A stretch of DNA of 64,000 nucleotides. Source: Nitrospira sp. (lineage in GTDB: Bacteria > Nitrospirota > Nitrospiria > Nitrospirales > Nitrospiraceae). Both the position numbers and the translations under genes were made by a program. Under the pieces are notes generated by a model. It searched no databases. It saw only the letters and a program-made list of their open reading frames with translations, and was not told where the DNA came from. Of this stretch, positions 1 through 9,157 are shown in pieces; within the stretch, counting starts at the first letter, position 1, and the number at the start of each line of letters is the position of its first letter. The stretch is from positions 473,708-537,707 of the forward strand of contig SWDS01000006.1 in the NCBI GenBank assembly GCA_005116745.1. The letters are read 5' to 3'.

Positions 1-600
1 GTGGAGTCGTTCAGCAACGCACTTTAATAGCTGGTCACCGACATTGTGACCCATGGTATCGTTCACAGGTTTGAAATGATCCAGGTCGAGTAACATGAGA
101 CCGAGAGGCTGTTGAAGCCGTTTACTACGCGCCATGGCTTGGATCAGGCGATCACGAAACAATGTGCGGTTCACAAGGCCCGTCAGCTGATCATATTGGG
201 CCAGGTAGGTCAGCCGCTCTTCAGCCCGTTTTCGCTCAATGGCATAGCGGATTGAGCGAGCCAATAGCTCCGACGGCCCTTGTCCCTTGACGAGGTAATC
301 CTGTGCTCCATTCCGGAGAGCCTGTAGCGCGAGCGTTTGATCATTGAGCCCACTGAGCACAATGATGGCAATCGTCGGATTCGCGGCTTGCATTTGACGC
401 ACGGTTGAGAGCCCATAACCGTCCGGGAGTGATAGGTCGAGAAGGACGGCGTCAAAACGTATGCGCGCGAGGCGGGTGACAGCGTCGCTCAGGCGGGTCA
501 CATGGATGATCTCGAATTCTTCCATGCCCCATTCCGATAGAATATCTTGAGTCAGGCGTGCATCAACGTCGTTGTCTTCGACTAATAGGATCTTGATCAT
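1..600 (-). CDS. Response regulator (REC) fused to GGDEF diguanylate cyclase, truncated by the window edge
   Basis: Not in the ORF track; translated by hand from ATG at 600: MIKILLVEDNDVDARL...FDAVLLDLSLPDG...GAQDYLVKG...IERKRAEERLTYLAQYDQLTGLVNRTLFRDRL...LMLLDLDHFKPVNDTMGHNVGDQLL. GGAG lies upstream of the ATG. Confidence 0.93.
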   Translation of the reverse strand, partial: MIKILLVEDNDVDARLTQDILSEWGMEEFEIIHVTRLSDAVTRLARIRFDAVLLDLSLPDGYGLSTVRQMQAANPTIAIIVLSGLNDQTLALQALRNGAQDYLVKGQGPSELLARSIRYAIERKRAEERLTYLAQYDQLTGLVNRTLFRDRLIQAMARSKRLQQPLGLMLLDLDHFKPVNDTMGHNVGDQLLKCVAERLH

Positions 601-1049
601 CGCGCTCCAGGCCTGAGCTTTTTCCTAACCTCCTCCCAACCACTGTTTCACGCACGTACTAAGTATAGCTTAAGATACTGAATCAACAAGCAAATCCAGG
701 AAGTGTTGACATGCTCGAGCCCTCGTCAGAGTGCCTGCGCCGCCACGGTCTGGTCGGTATCTCGGATGTGCGATGCGTACGAAGGCAATAGAGGGTGGAA
801 TACCATAAGAGGCATGCTTCGACTTGGAGAACATAATTTCGTCTGCAGGTGTAGCTCTTTGGCTGTTTGCGCGGGACGGAATTGTGGCGGGCTGGTTGGT
901 CAATGAGACACTAAGACACTCTCTGGCGAGAACTTGGAAGACCGGCGGATTTTTATCGGGTCAAGACCCAGAACTAGTCTGGGCACTCCCAATACGTTAC
1001 ATCGCTCTTAGGCAAAAGAGAGCAGAAGGACTCTGCTCGATGGGCTCAA

Positions 1050-1391
1050 TCACGAGCCGCGAGAAAGGATGCGAGGATTGCTCGGATACGTGCCGATTGG
1101 GCCCTGCTCTGGGCCGATCCCAGCTTCACAGGCATATCCTGCTTCGAAGGGCCATAGTAACGAACGGCCAACAGCGCTGCCACGAATGTGAATATATCGC
1201 AATGTGACACCCATACGAGCGGCGTCGTCCTTTACCTTCTCAGTGCATTCACCGGGTGAATAACCTCGACGCGAAATCAAGAGCGGCTCACCCGATGTGC
1301 TGAGAACAGAGAATTCGCTTGCACATCCTGTGACTGAGAGCAGCACACACAGAATACCGCCAAGTCGACCGAGCACTCTCCCTTGACCCAT
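1050..1391 (-). CDS. Hypothetical lipoprotein
   Basis: From ATG 1391: MGQGRVLGRLGGILCVLLSVTG-C, a lipobox-like signal. The ORF track extends the start to 1487. Confidence 0.65.
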   Translation of the reverse strand: MGQGRVLGRLGGILCVLLSVTGCASEFSVLSTSGEPLLISRRGYSPGECTEKVKDDAARMGVTLRYIHIRGSAVGRSLLWPFEAGYACEAGIGPEQGPIGTYPSNPRILSRGS

Positions 1392-1547
1392 CGTAAATCG
1401 CCCCCATCCAGCAGGTTTGTCCACGGGCACACCGCTGACAACAGACCAAACCATACCACGAACAACCTTTCCCAATCGACTGAACAATAACGTGCGCTTG
1501 AACAGTTCAGCGGGGTAAAAGGGAAGAGCCGTTGAACACTGACCGAA

Positions 1548-1763
1548 TTAGACCGGCTTCTCTGCGATATACTCGATGTATTTCCAGAACTGCTTAGCGT
1601 CTTCCTCGTTCAACACCACCGGAGTGTTATTGGCTGTTCCTGTCATATAGATCTTGACCGACATCGCATCATGCCAGATCTGCAGCTCACAGTGAGAGAT
1701 CAGATCCAGGTTGAACGCATGGTTTCCGATTTGGACAAAGTGCATAACATTTCCTCTTTCCAA
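1548..1763 (-). CDS. Small hypothetical protein (71 aa)
   Basis: Protein-like composition (MHFVQIGNHAFNLDLISHCELQIWHD...); sigma54-like site about 65 bp upstream. Confidence 0.7.
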   Translation of the reverse strand: MERGNVMHFVQIGNHAFNLDLISHCELQIWHDAMSVKIYMTGTANNTPVVLNEEDAKQFWKYIEYIAEKPV

Positions 1764-1827
1764 TTGTCAGCCACGGGTTGAGCATACACCAGGTTCTCAC
1801 ACCTCAAAAGCAATGGAGAGTTTTGTT

Positions 1828-1842
1828 GCGGTAACTGTGCCT
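1828..1842 (-). promoter_or_regulatory. Putative sigma54 (-24/-12) promoter for the 71-aa gene
   Basis: Minus strand reads AGGCACAGTTACCGC: GG-N10-GC with GGCAC, but a weak -12 (CCGC). Confidence 0.4.
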
Positions 1843-1947
1843 CCGTGAGCCTGACAGAACTTGCCGCTCTCTCGGTAAAAACTTCCCTCTTGCTCTGGCG
1901 TGACCCCAATCGTGCAGCGATATGAGGCCATTTCTTGCATCTTTCTC

Positions 1948-1962
1948 TGGCACAGAAGTTGA
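1948..1962 (+). promoter_or_regulatory. Putative sigma54 promoter for the zorAB-like operon
   Basis: TGGCACAGAAGTTGA against consensus TGGCAC-N5-TTGC; about 64 bp upstream of ATG 2026. Confidence 0.5.
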
Positions 1963-2025
1963 GAGAAATAATCGGGTTTTGCTCCTGCTGAGAATGGTGC
2001 GTAGCGCACCAGTGAGGTTTGCTTG

Positions 2026-3237
2026 ATGGATGACATGGATTCGATCACCGCTCTTTGGGAATGGCTCACTCGCGATGTCACGGTTGTCGGTGGGCTTCAG
2101 AGTCCCGTGCTGAGCTGGATTGGTGCTGTGGGGATCTTGGTCCTGTTTCTTTGGCATAGCGCGATGTTCCTCAGAGGTTTGTTCCACATCCAAGGGACGC
2201 TTGCGCGCTTTCACTTGTCCGTCGCGCCTTTGGTATTGGCACGGCAACAGGTGTCCAAAGATTGGCTGGTTATTCCGGCGTTGGCAAAAAAGCGAGCGCG
2301 TCTCGATGTCTCGTCAGAAACGCGACGCGATCTTGACGATCTGCATACATTGGATCAGGCGGTACGGTCAGAACAGGATTTTGCCAGAGACTGGTTTTCA
2401 TACCGCAAGACCCTCGCGGTAGAGCAGTCCGCCTGGTTTCTTGAGCCGACCGTCCATAGTCAGCGTTCCGCCAGTGAGTTTTTCTCGTTCGAATCTCTCT
2501 GCGCAGCCCATCTCAATGTCCGCTTTTACCGGCAGCTGCCCGCTTTCATGACGGGCATGGGGTTGATGTTCACCTTCCTCGCCATCTTGATCGGCCTCAG
2601 CAAGCTCCATGCGAACGGATCGGAGATCGATGGCATCCAAGGACTGATCAACGGCCTCTCAGGAAAGTTTGTGACATCCATCGTCGGCTTGGCCTGCGCC
2701 AATGCATTCACCCTCCTCGAACATTCTTTCTGGCATCGGTTGGACAACCGACACGGGGAGTGCATCTCCCTCCTGGACGAAATGTTTCCGCAGAGGGCTA
2801 CGGACCAACATTCCCAGGGGGGCCCATCGCCGAACGGATCTCCGGTGGCCATCGCCACTCCCATCCGAGGCGACACCGCACATCAGCTTGTCGAGGCCGT
2901 GCAGCAGCGCCTCGGGTCCACCGTCGCAGCGCTGAACTCAGCCGCAGAATCCCTCACGGCGCTGCAATCCAATCATCCACCGATGAAGTTTGATGATTTG
3001 CCAGCGGAGATTGGTCACGAGGTCCAGCGGGCGTTACGACCCATAATGAATCCCATACTGGACGCTATTCAAGACCTCAACCGTTCGATGAAGGAGCATG
3101 CTTCCCCAGTGCGGCTGTCTCAAGCCGAGATCGAAGCGATGTTTCAGGATCTCAGGAATACCACCGCCGCAACGACAGAACCTGCACGTCCGATCCATAA
3201 AGATCGCAATGCAGGAAAACCATCTCGTCTCACCTGA
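2026..3237 (+). CDS. zorA: ZorA-like MotA/TolQ/ExbB-family ion-channel subunit with cytoplasmic tail
   Basis: Three TM segments (IGAVGILVLFLW; LPAFMTGMGLMFTFLAILIGL; GLSGKFVTSIVGLACA), a ZorA-type 'ASEFFSFESL...N.RFYRQLP' segment before TM2, and a helical C-terminal tail of about 170 aa. Confidence 0.75.
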   Translation: MDDMDSITALWEWLTRDVTVVGGLQSPVLSWIGAVGILVLFLWHSAMFLRGLFHIQGTLARFHLSVAPLVLARQQVSKDWLVIPALAKKRARLDVSSETRRDLDDLHTLDQAVRSEQDFARDWFSYRKTLAVEQSAWFLEPTVHSQRSASEFFSFESLCAAHLNVRFYRQLPAFMTGMGLMFTFLAILIGLSKLHANGSEIDGIQGLINGLSGKFVTSIVGLACANAFTLLEHSFWHRLDNRHGECISLLDEMFPQRATDQHSQGGPSPNGSPVAIATPIRGDTAHQLVEAVQQRLGSTVAALNSAAESLTALQSNHPPMKFDDLPAEIGHEVQRALRPIMNPILDAIQDLNRSMKEHASPVRLSQAEIEAMFQDLRNTTAATTEPARPIHKDRNAGKPSRLT

Positions 3238-3252
3238 AACAGCACGGAGGAA

Positions 3253-3894
3253 ATGAAAGGGATGAAGTCGAGCTTTACACTGGACTCGCGTGACAACTCA
3301 GCGGTGGTGACGAGTGGGGTTGCCGATCTTATGACCTCGCTCGCCGTCATCTTCATTCTCTTGCTCGTGGCCTATATGACTCGCGTCGAGGATGGACATA
3401 CCAATTTGGCCAAGAGCCGTGGTACTCCAACGGACAGCACACCGAGAATCGATCCACCTCATCCAGCCCTGGAAACTAAAATGCCAAGCACCCACACGAT
3501 TACGGTGCCGGATACGGCGATTACCTTTGAGTTTGGGAAAAGCACGTTGCTCCAGACGGCCGAGATCTTCTTGTCCGAGACCATGCCACACTACGCCTCA
3601 CTCGTCTGCACGCCTGGAGAGCAAGAAGTAGAAGCCTTTGTGATCGAGGGATACACCGATGATCTGGGTGACGACATACGTAATCTGAGACTCAGTCAGG
3701 AACGCTCTTTTGCGGTGCTGGCCAAAAGCTTGGAAGTGATCCGCGAGAAGCTTCCGTGGGCCTATGAGTGCTTCTTGCAGAAAGCCACCGCGAATGGGCG
3801 TGGGAGGCAGGATCTTTTACGGAATGAGATAGGGCAACCAGCCCGCGAAAAAAGCCGCCGTGTCATGTTCAAAATCCACATGCGCCCCACGTAG
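3253..3894 (+). CDS. zorB: ZorB-like MotB/OmpA-family protein
   Basis: N-terminal TM with conserved Asp (VADLMTSLAVIFILLL); OmpA-C peptidoglycan-binding motifs (ITFEFGKS, IEGYTD, NLRLSQERS, SRRVMFKI); GGAGGA RBS; directly follows the ZorA-like gene. Confidence 0.78.
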   Translation: MKGMKSSFTLDSRDNSAVVTSGVADLMTSLAVIFILLLVAYMTRVEDGHTNLAKSRGTPTDSTPRIDPPHPALETKMPSTHTITVPDTAITFEFGKSTLLQTAEIFLSETMPHYASLVCTPGEQEVEAFVIEGYTDDLGDDIRNLRLSQERSFAVLAKSLEVIREKLPWAYECFLQKATANGRGRQDLLRNEIGQPAREKSRRVMFKIHMRPT

Positions 3895-4014
3895 CGTGTG
3901 AGCCTACACAGCGTGGACCTCTTTTCTGCCATCGCTGGCTTGGGTGGAGTAAGACCTCAGCGCCATTCGGCTCTCGCCTGTCTCCGACTGTTAAGGATAG
4001 ATGGGCGAGAAGCC

Positions 4015-4812
4015 TCATCCATAAATGCGGCGGGTCAGTTCAATAAACTGCTCGATGGAAAGGATTTCCGCACGGAGAGAAGGCGAGAGTGCAAGCGCTT
4101 CCAACGCAGCTGCCACTAGCTTCTGATCGTACCCCTGATCTTTCAGTGAATTGATGAGCGTCTTGCGGCGGTGGGCGAAGGCGGCTTTCACCAGTGCTGC
4201 AAATTTGGCCTCTTCTTCCTGGTTCAGTGCTCTCTGATGCTTGGTCTTGAGCAGAACCACTGCAGAGCCGACTTGCGGTCGTGGTCGGAAGCACTGGGCA
4301 GAGACTCGAAATGCTTTCGTGATCTCTGCCGCATATTGTGCCATGACGGAGAGGACTCCGTAGTCCGAACTTCCGGGTTTGGCCACGAGTCGATCAGCTA
4401 CTTCATTCTGCAGCATCAGCACCATACGGGGGAATCGATCGCGTCGATCGAGAAGCCGGAAGAGGAGGGGAGTGGATAAATAATAGGGAAGATTGGCGAC
4501 GACGATGGTGCCGCTCGGAAGCTGCTCGACCGGATAGGTCATCGCATCGTCGAGGACAAGCATGAGATTGGAAAACTGGGGCTGTTGTTCAGTTAAGAAC
4601 GCATGGAGCCGAGGATCGACTTCGATCGCCGTCACGTGGCCACTCGCACGACACAGCGCTTCGGTGAGGATGCCGCGGCCTGGCCCGATTTCCAACGCGG
4701 CATGAGTTGGGGTGAGCTCAGCCAGTGCGATGATTTTACGAACAATGTTGGGGTCGATGAGAAAGTTCTGCCCAAGGCGTTTGATCGCGGCAGGGGGAAG
4801 AGAGGAGTTCAC
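4015..4812 (-). CDS. rsmA: 16S rRNA m6,2A dimethyltransferase RsmA/KsgA
   Basis: KRLGQNFLID, LEIGPGRG, VVANLPYY, LMLQNEVA.R, FRPRPQVGSAV, AFAHRRKTL. Probable GTG start at 4812 (ORF track gives 4881). Confidence 0.97.
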   Translation of the reverse strand: MNSSLPPAAIKRLGQNFLIDPNIVRKIIALAELTPTHAALEIGPGRGILTEALCRASGHVTAIEVDPRLHAFLTEQQPQFSNLMLVLDDAMTYPVEQLPSGTIVVANLPYYLSTPLLFRLLDRRDRFPRMVLMLQNEVADRLVAKPGSSDYGVLSVMAQYAAEITKAFRVSAQCFRPRPQVGSAVVLLKTKHQRALNQEEEAKFAALVKAAFAHRRKTLINSLKDQGYDQKLVAAALEALALSPSLRAEILSIEQFIELTRRIYG

Positions 4813-4814
4813 AC

Positions 4815-5132
4815 TCAACTCCGAGTTGGTGGAGCCTGGGCCAATTGCTTGGCCAATATACCCAGAGGCGTGCGATAGCACTCCACAAGATCCGTGAACT
4901 CTTCAACCAAATCATGAGTAAACGATGGCCCTGGTTGGACGCTCGCGAAGAGTTGTCCTTCCCGATCGCCTACGGAATTGGTGAGAAACGCGACTGTGCG
5001 GGCTTTCCATTTTTCTATTCGTTCCGTTCCAGCGACGGTGTTCAGGTCTTGAAGAGTCTGTTTCTCAAGCGTCTCCAATTCGTCCATCTGACGTCGAACT
5101 ACGGCAAGGCCCTTCGAAATATCAAGCGACAC
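4815..5132 (-). CDS. Hypothetical protein (105 aa)
   Basis: Fills the gap between pdxA and rsmA on the same strand and overlaps the pdxA end. Confidence 0.7.
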   Translation of the reverse strand: MSLDISKGLAVVRRQMDELETLEKQTLQDLNTVAGTERIEKWKARTVAFLTNSVGDREGQLFASVQPGPSFTHDLVEEFTDLVECYRTPLGILAKQLAQAPPTRS

Positions 5133-6204
5133 GTTTAGTCCGTCCCTTCTTGGTCGAAGTTGTCACCATTCTATTCTGAGCGATCATGGCAGCCAGTTTG
5201 ATGGCCTCAATCAGGCTTCCGGGATCAGCGACGCCTTTCCCGACGATATCAAATGCGGTTCCATGATCCACTGAGGTGCGGATGATCGGCAAGCCCACGG
5301 TGAGATTGACACAGGTGCCGAAGGCGACCAGCTTCAGGGGAATGAGACCCTGATCGTGATAGAGGGCGACGACGCCGTCAAATGCCCCTTTCGCAGCTTT
5401 CCCAAACAGCGTATCAGCCGGCAAGGGATCACTTGCCAGAATGCCCTGTTGTTGGGTGGCGCGTGTTGCCGGGAGGATAATTCGCGCTTCTTCATCACCG
5501 AATAAGCCATGTTCACCGGCATGCGGATTGAGGGCAGCCACTCCTATCCTGGGGCGCTTGATGCCAAACAGTGTCGTCAGCGCCAATTGGGCCAAGCGGA
5601 TCGCCTTTTCAGTCTTGGCTTGCGTCAGCAGTGCCGGGAGATCTCTGATCGCGACATGTGTTGTGACGAACATGATGCGTAACGGTCCGCCCACGATCAT
5701 CATGCCTGATTCGTTCGCGTGGGTGAGATCAGCCAATAACTCGGTATGGCCTGGGTACCGGCAGCCAGCCATATTGATGGCTTCTTTGTTGATGGGCGCT
5801 GTCACCATGCCTTCAATACAGCCGATCTGAGCCAGTTCGACAGCCTTTTTGATAAAGGCGACTGAAGCGGCGCCAGTCTCCGCAGCGGCAATTCCTCGTT
5901 TGAATGTTCGCAGCGGTGTCTCCAGTGGGTCGAGTACCGCTACCGTTCCTCTACGCGGCGCCATCGATTCATGATTACGAACTTGGACTACGTTCAGTTT
6001 AAGCTTCAGTGACTTGATCGTTCGCTCCATGACGGGAAGGGATCCGATCACAACCGACCGACAGACGTTACGCAAGTGAGTACCAGACAGAGCTTTGGCG
6101 ATGACCTCCGGACCGATGCCGGACGGGTCTCCCATCGTGATTCCCAGCAAGGGGAGTTGAGGGGATGAAGAACGTGTGCGAGGTGATCGCGGTTCAGTTG
6201 ACAT
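5122..6204 (-). CDS. pdxA: 4-hydroxythreonine-4-phosphate dehydrogenase PdxA
   Basis: ITMGDPSGIGPE, TAPINKEA, GHTELLA, NPHAGE.G.FG.EE, YHDQGLIP.K, RTSVDHGTAFDI. Start probably ATG 6204. Confidence 0.97.
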   Translation of the reverse strand: MSTEPRSPRTRSSSPQLPLLGITMGDPSGIGPEVIAKALSGTHLRNVCRSVVIGSLPVMERTIKSLKLKLNVVQVRNHESMAPRRGTVAVLDPLETPLRTFKRGIAAAETGAASVAFIKKAVELAQIGCIEGMVTAPINKEAINMAGCRYPGHTELLADLTHANESGMMIVGGPLRIMFVTTHVAIRDLPALLTQAKTEKAIRLAQLALTTLFGIKRPRIGVAALNPHAGEHGLFGDEEARIILPATRATQQQGILASDPLPADTLFGKAAKGAFDGVVALYHDQGLIPLKLVAFGTCVNLTVGLPIIRTSVDHGTAFDIVGKGVADPGSLIEAIKLAAMIAQNRMVTTSTKKGRTKRVA

Positions 6205-7198
6205 AGAGATGTACCGTATAACCGATATAGAACACCGCTCCGGCGGCGAGCAGCCACGGTCGCCACCGTCCACCGATCAGAATCTGCAGGAGGCAGAATC
6301 CCACGGCCAGCACGGCTAGGATCATGGTGGTCAATGCCGATGATGCAATGACCCACTCGGTTCCGATCAACCCCAGCGCAACCGGGAAGGTGCCTTGAAA
6401 GACCATGGCACCCGTAACATTGGCCACGGCGAGCCGGTCTTTCTTGCGATAGAGCCAGAGAAAACTATTGGACATCTCCGGTAGCTCGGTAGCGAGTGGC
6501 GCGATCAGCAGCGCCAAGATCAACGGCGACATGGCGAACAAGCCGGCCATCGATTCTGCAGCCATGACAAATAAATGGGCGCCCATGATCAATCCACCTA
6601 AACCCAAGAGGGATTGAAATCCGATCATGGCATAGGACGGCGTGGCTGCGTGCTTGTCGAAAATCAACGGCTCCAGCTCACCACCCCCTTCTTCCTCACC
6701 AGCGGGTGCGAATTTGAGCTTCATGTAGTAGATATACAAGCAGATCAATACACCGGCCGCGATGAGGTGAATCAGTTTGGACGGCACGAAGGCGCATCCC
6801 AAGGCGATAAAATACCCGATCATAAAAAACGTGAGGTCTGTTAGTACTTCATGATAGTTGAGCTGGAATCGGGCGGTCCGCTTGCCGGCTCGTGCATAGA
6901 GCAGCAGCAGCACAGCCAGGATGGGTAGCACCAGTGTGCTGAGCATGAACGGCGCGCCTAAGATGGCACCTAAGCCAACCTCAGCTTCTTCAGGGCTATC
7001 ACCGAAGAAAATCGCAATGATCGGGATCGAGGTCTCAGGCAGGGTTGTGCCGATGGCGGCAAAGACACTACCAACGGCACCCTCGGAGATACCACGCCGC
7101 TTGCCAAACCATTCAATGGCGTTCGTAAAGAGTGCACACCCACCAAGCGTGACCGCGACGGAAACGAGAAAGAGGAGCACGTAGTACAGCACGGTCAT
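6194..7198 (-). CDS. Ca2+/cation antiporter family (CaCA, YrbG-like) membrane protein
   Basis: Two alpha-repeats (AIGTTLPETS; APLATELPE) and about 10 TM helices; start overlaps the larC stop (ATGA). Confidence 0.88.
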   Translation of the reverse strand: MTVLYYVLLFLVSVAVTLGGCALFTNAIEWFGKRRGISEGAVGSVFAAIGTTLPETSIPIIAIFFGDSPEEAEVGLGAILGAPFMLSTLVLPILAVLLLLYARAGKRTARFQLNYHEVLTDLTFFMIGYFIALGCAFVPSKLIHLIAAGVLICLYIYYMKLKFAPAGEEEGGGELEPLIFDKHAATPSYAMIGFQSLLGLGGLIMGAHLFVMAAESMAGLFAMSPLILALLIAPLATELPEMSNSFLWLYRKKDRLAVANVTGAMVFQGTFPVALGLIGTEWVIASSALTTMILAVLAVGFCLLQILIGGRWRPWLLAAGAVFYIGYTVHLYVN

Positions 7199-8412
7199 GC
7201 TCGGCCTCGCGAAGCTGTGATTCTCGTTTTCTTGCGTCCCTGTCGATAGGCCATCAGCGCATCCTCCATTACTGTCTTGAGCGGCTGGCCGGTTCGTTGC
7301 GCGATGGCTTTGCAGTCCTCATATTCGGGGGCTGCTTTTTCCCATCCGGCGCCGACCTCGGCTACTTTCATACGAATGACTCCGCCTGGCGTCGTGACGG
7401 GGACGAATCGCCTGGTGAGGACCTGTCGGCGTACTTCATGAAGTCGCACTCCGAGCGTGGTCGTTTCCTGGAAGAGGACCTCAATCACGGCATCCGTCCG
7501 GTCTTCAGTAGCTAGGCAGCTCAGCAGAATTCCTGGCCGACTTTTCTTCATGACGACGGGAACCAGCACGACATCAACAGCACCGACCTGAAAGAGCTGC
7601 TCCATGATGTATTCGTAGGTCTGTGGACTGAGGTCGTCAAGATTCGTCTCAATCTGTATCATCGGCTCGGTCGGATTGGCCGCCGACGTGGACTCTTCCT
7701 CCACAAACAGGCGCAAGGCATTCGGCCATCCGTCTGGATCCTGGTCGCCGGCTCCGTAGCCCACGGCCGTACTCTTCATGGTCGGCATCGGGCCGAATTC
7801 AGACGCCAATGTTCGAAGCAGCGCAACCCCGGTGGGGGTGGCAAGCTCACAACGCGGACCGTCGGCGTAGATCGGAATTCCCTTCGCCAGCGCCGCCACC
7901 GCAGGCCCTGGAACCGGTAAGAGTCCGTGTGAGGTTTGAATCGACCCGGCTCCAACATTGATCGGAGAGGCGGTGATTTGGGTGGCGTTCAAGAGATAGC
8001 ACCCCAGCACGCCACCGACAACATCGATAAACGAATCCATCACTCCGACTTCATGAAAGTGAACATCTTTTGGATCGACACCATGCGCCACTCCTTCGGC
8101 CTCAGTCAGTCGATCAAAGACCGACTGGCTCCGTTCCTTGACCGGGCCTGGCAACGTGCTGTCGACAAGGATTTTTCGAATGCGAGAGAGGGTCAGCGGC
8201 CGTTGAAATCCCTGTTGAACGATCACATCGACTTTGATTGCCGGGAGCACGCCACGATGTACCTCGCGCTTCCGCAATGTGTAGCCGGTAAGCTTGAGTC
8301 CTTTGAGGCCCTTGACCAAGTCAGTCCATGGTAACCCTGCGCTCACTAATGCGCCCAGGACCATATCTCCACTGACTCCGGAGAAACAATCGAAATGCAA
8401 ATGACGGCCCAT
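7195..8412 (-). CDS. larC: Nickel pincer cofactor biosynthesis protein LarC (Ni insertase)
   Basis: FDCFSGVSGDM.LGAL, VHFHEVG..DS..DVVG, PVPGPAV, ELATPTG, IETNLDD, KKSRPG, ETTTLGVR, PEYEDC. Confidence 0.95.
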   Translation of the reverse strand: MGRHLHFDCFSGVSGDMVLGALVSAGLPWTDLVKGLKGLKLTGYTLRKREVHRGVLPAIKVDVIVQQGFQRPLTLSRIRKILVDSTLPGPVKERSQSVFDRLTEAEGVAHGVDPKDVHFHEVGVMDSFIDVVGGVLGCYLLNATQITASPINVGAGSIQTSHGLLPVPGPAVAALAKGIPIYADGPRCELATPTGVALLRTLASEFGPMPTMKSTAVGYGAGDQDPDGWPNALRLFVEEESTSAANPTEPMIQIETNLDDLSPQTYEYIMEQLFQVGAVDVVLVPVVMKKSRPGILLSCLATEDRTDAVIEVLFQETTTLGVRLHEVRRQVLTRRFVPVTTPGGVIRMKVAEVGAGWEKAAPEYEDCKAIAQRTGQPLKTVMEDALMAYRQGRKKTRITASRGRA

Positions 8413-8633
8413 TCAGTTCCTTACATGCGATGCGCAAAATGACCGGACATCTTACCGAAGGCGTGGACGAACGGCAATCGCTGGTTCATTCTCGACGCTT
8501 CGTTGACAGCCTAGGGGTGCTATGGTATCCCCCTAAGAGTGCGGTTGAGTTGCATCGTGCCGAACACGACGCCCGCCACTCATGAAAGCATGGTTCAGGG
8601 TTTTTGTTGAAATTGTCACATACGCTCCATTAC

Positions 8634-9134
8634 ATGAGACGTCTGCTCGGGTTGCTCACCCTGTGTGCTTCTCTGATGGCCGTATTCCCGGCAGAGAGCC
8701 TCTCGAAAGAGAAGCCGCCCCGCGTTCCCAGGCCTGAGCCTCAGCTCAAAATTGTCGGCCTTAACATTGCCCCGACGCCGTATGCGCTGGGCAACGGGCC
8801 TCTTCAGTTTTCCGTTACAGTCCAGCTTCCGAAAGAAGTGGATGGATCCACGATTTTGGAGGTGACCTCGCTCATTAGTTCTCCGTCGAAGAGCTCGCTT
8901 CGATTTCTCACGTATCGACAGCCCATCCAAGTCTCTCTAGCCGTGGATGGGGAGACAGGACGATCGAAGGTGTCTGTCGAACTTGCGTGGGATGGCCAGG
9001 ATCACCGAAAGCAACTCGCCGGGGTGGGCATCTATTCGTATGAAGTGCGGACAAAGTTGTTGGCCAATGGAGAAAAAGGGTTACGTACCGTGATGGTTGC
9101 CTGGCCAAAGCGAGGCTTACTGGAAGTGAAATAG
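8634..9134 (+). CDS. Exported protein with a FlgD-like Ig segment
   Basis: Signal peptide MRRLLGLLTLCASLMAVFPAESLS; 'LAWDGQDHRKQLAGVGIYSYEV' resembles the FlgD Ig motif. Confidence 0.75.
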   Translation: MRRLLGLLTLCASLMAVFPAESLSKEKPPRVPRPEPQLKIVGLNIAPTPYALGNGPLQFSVTVQLPKEVDGSTILEVTSLISSPSKSSLRFLTYRQPIQVSLAVDGETGRSKVSVELAWDGQDHRKQLAGVGIYSYEVRTKLLANGEKGLRTVMVAWPKRGLLEVK

Positions 9135-9157
9135 AGGCGCATTCATTTCTCCCGCGC

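Noticed and set aside
601-1049. c-di-GMP riboswitch or small ORFs upstream of the REC-GGDEF gene
   Set aside because: No GEMM-type consensus found on either strand; the ORFs are short and not protein-like.
2026-3894. Flagellar MotAB or ExbBD/TolQR
   Set aside because: The A subunit has three TMs plus a long C-terminal tail (MotA has four TMs and no tail); the B subunit has an OmpA-C domain, unlike ExbD/TolR; no flagellar or TonB genes nearby.
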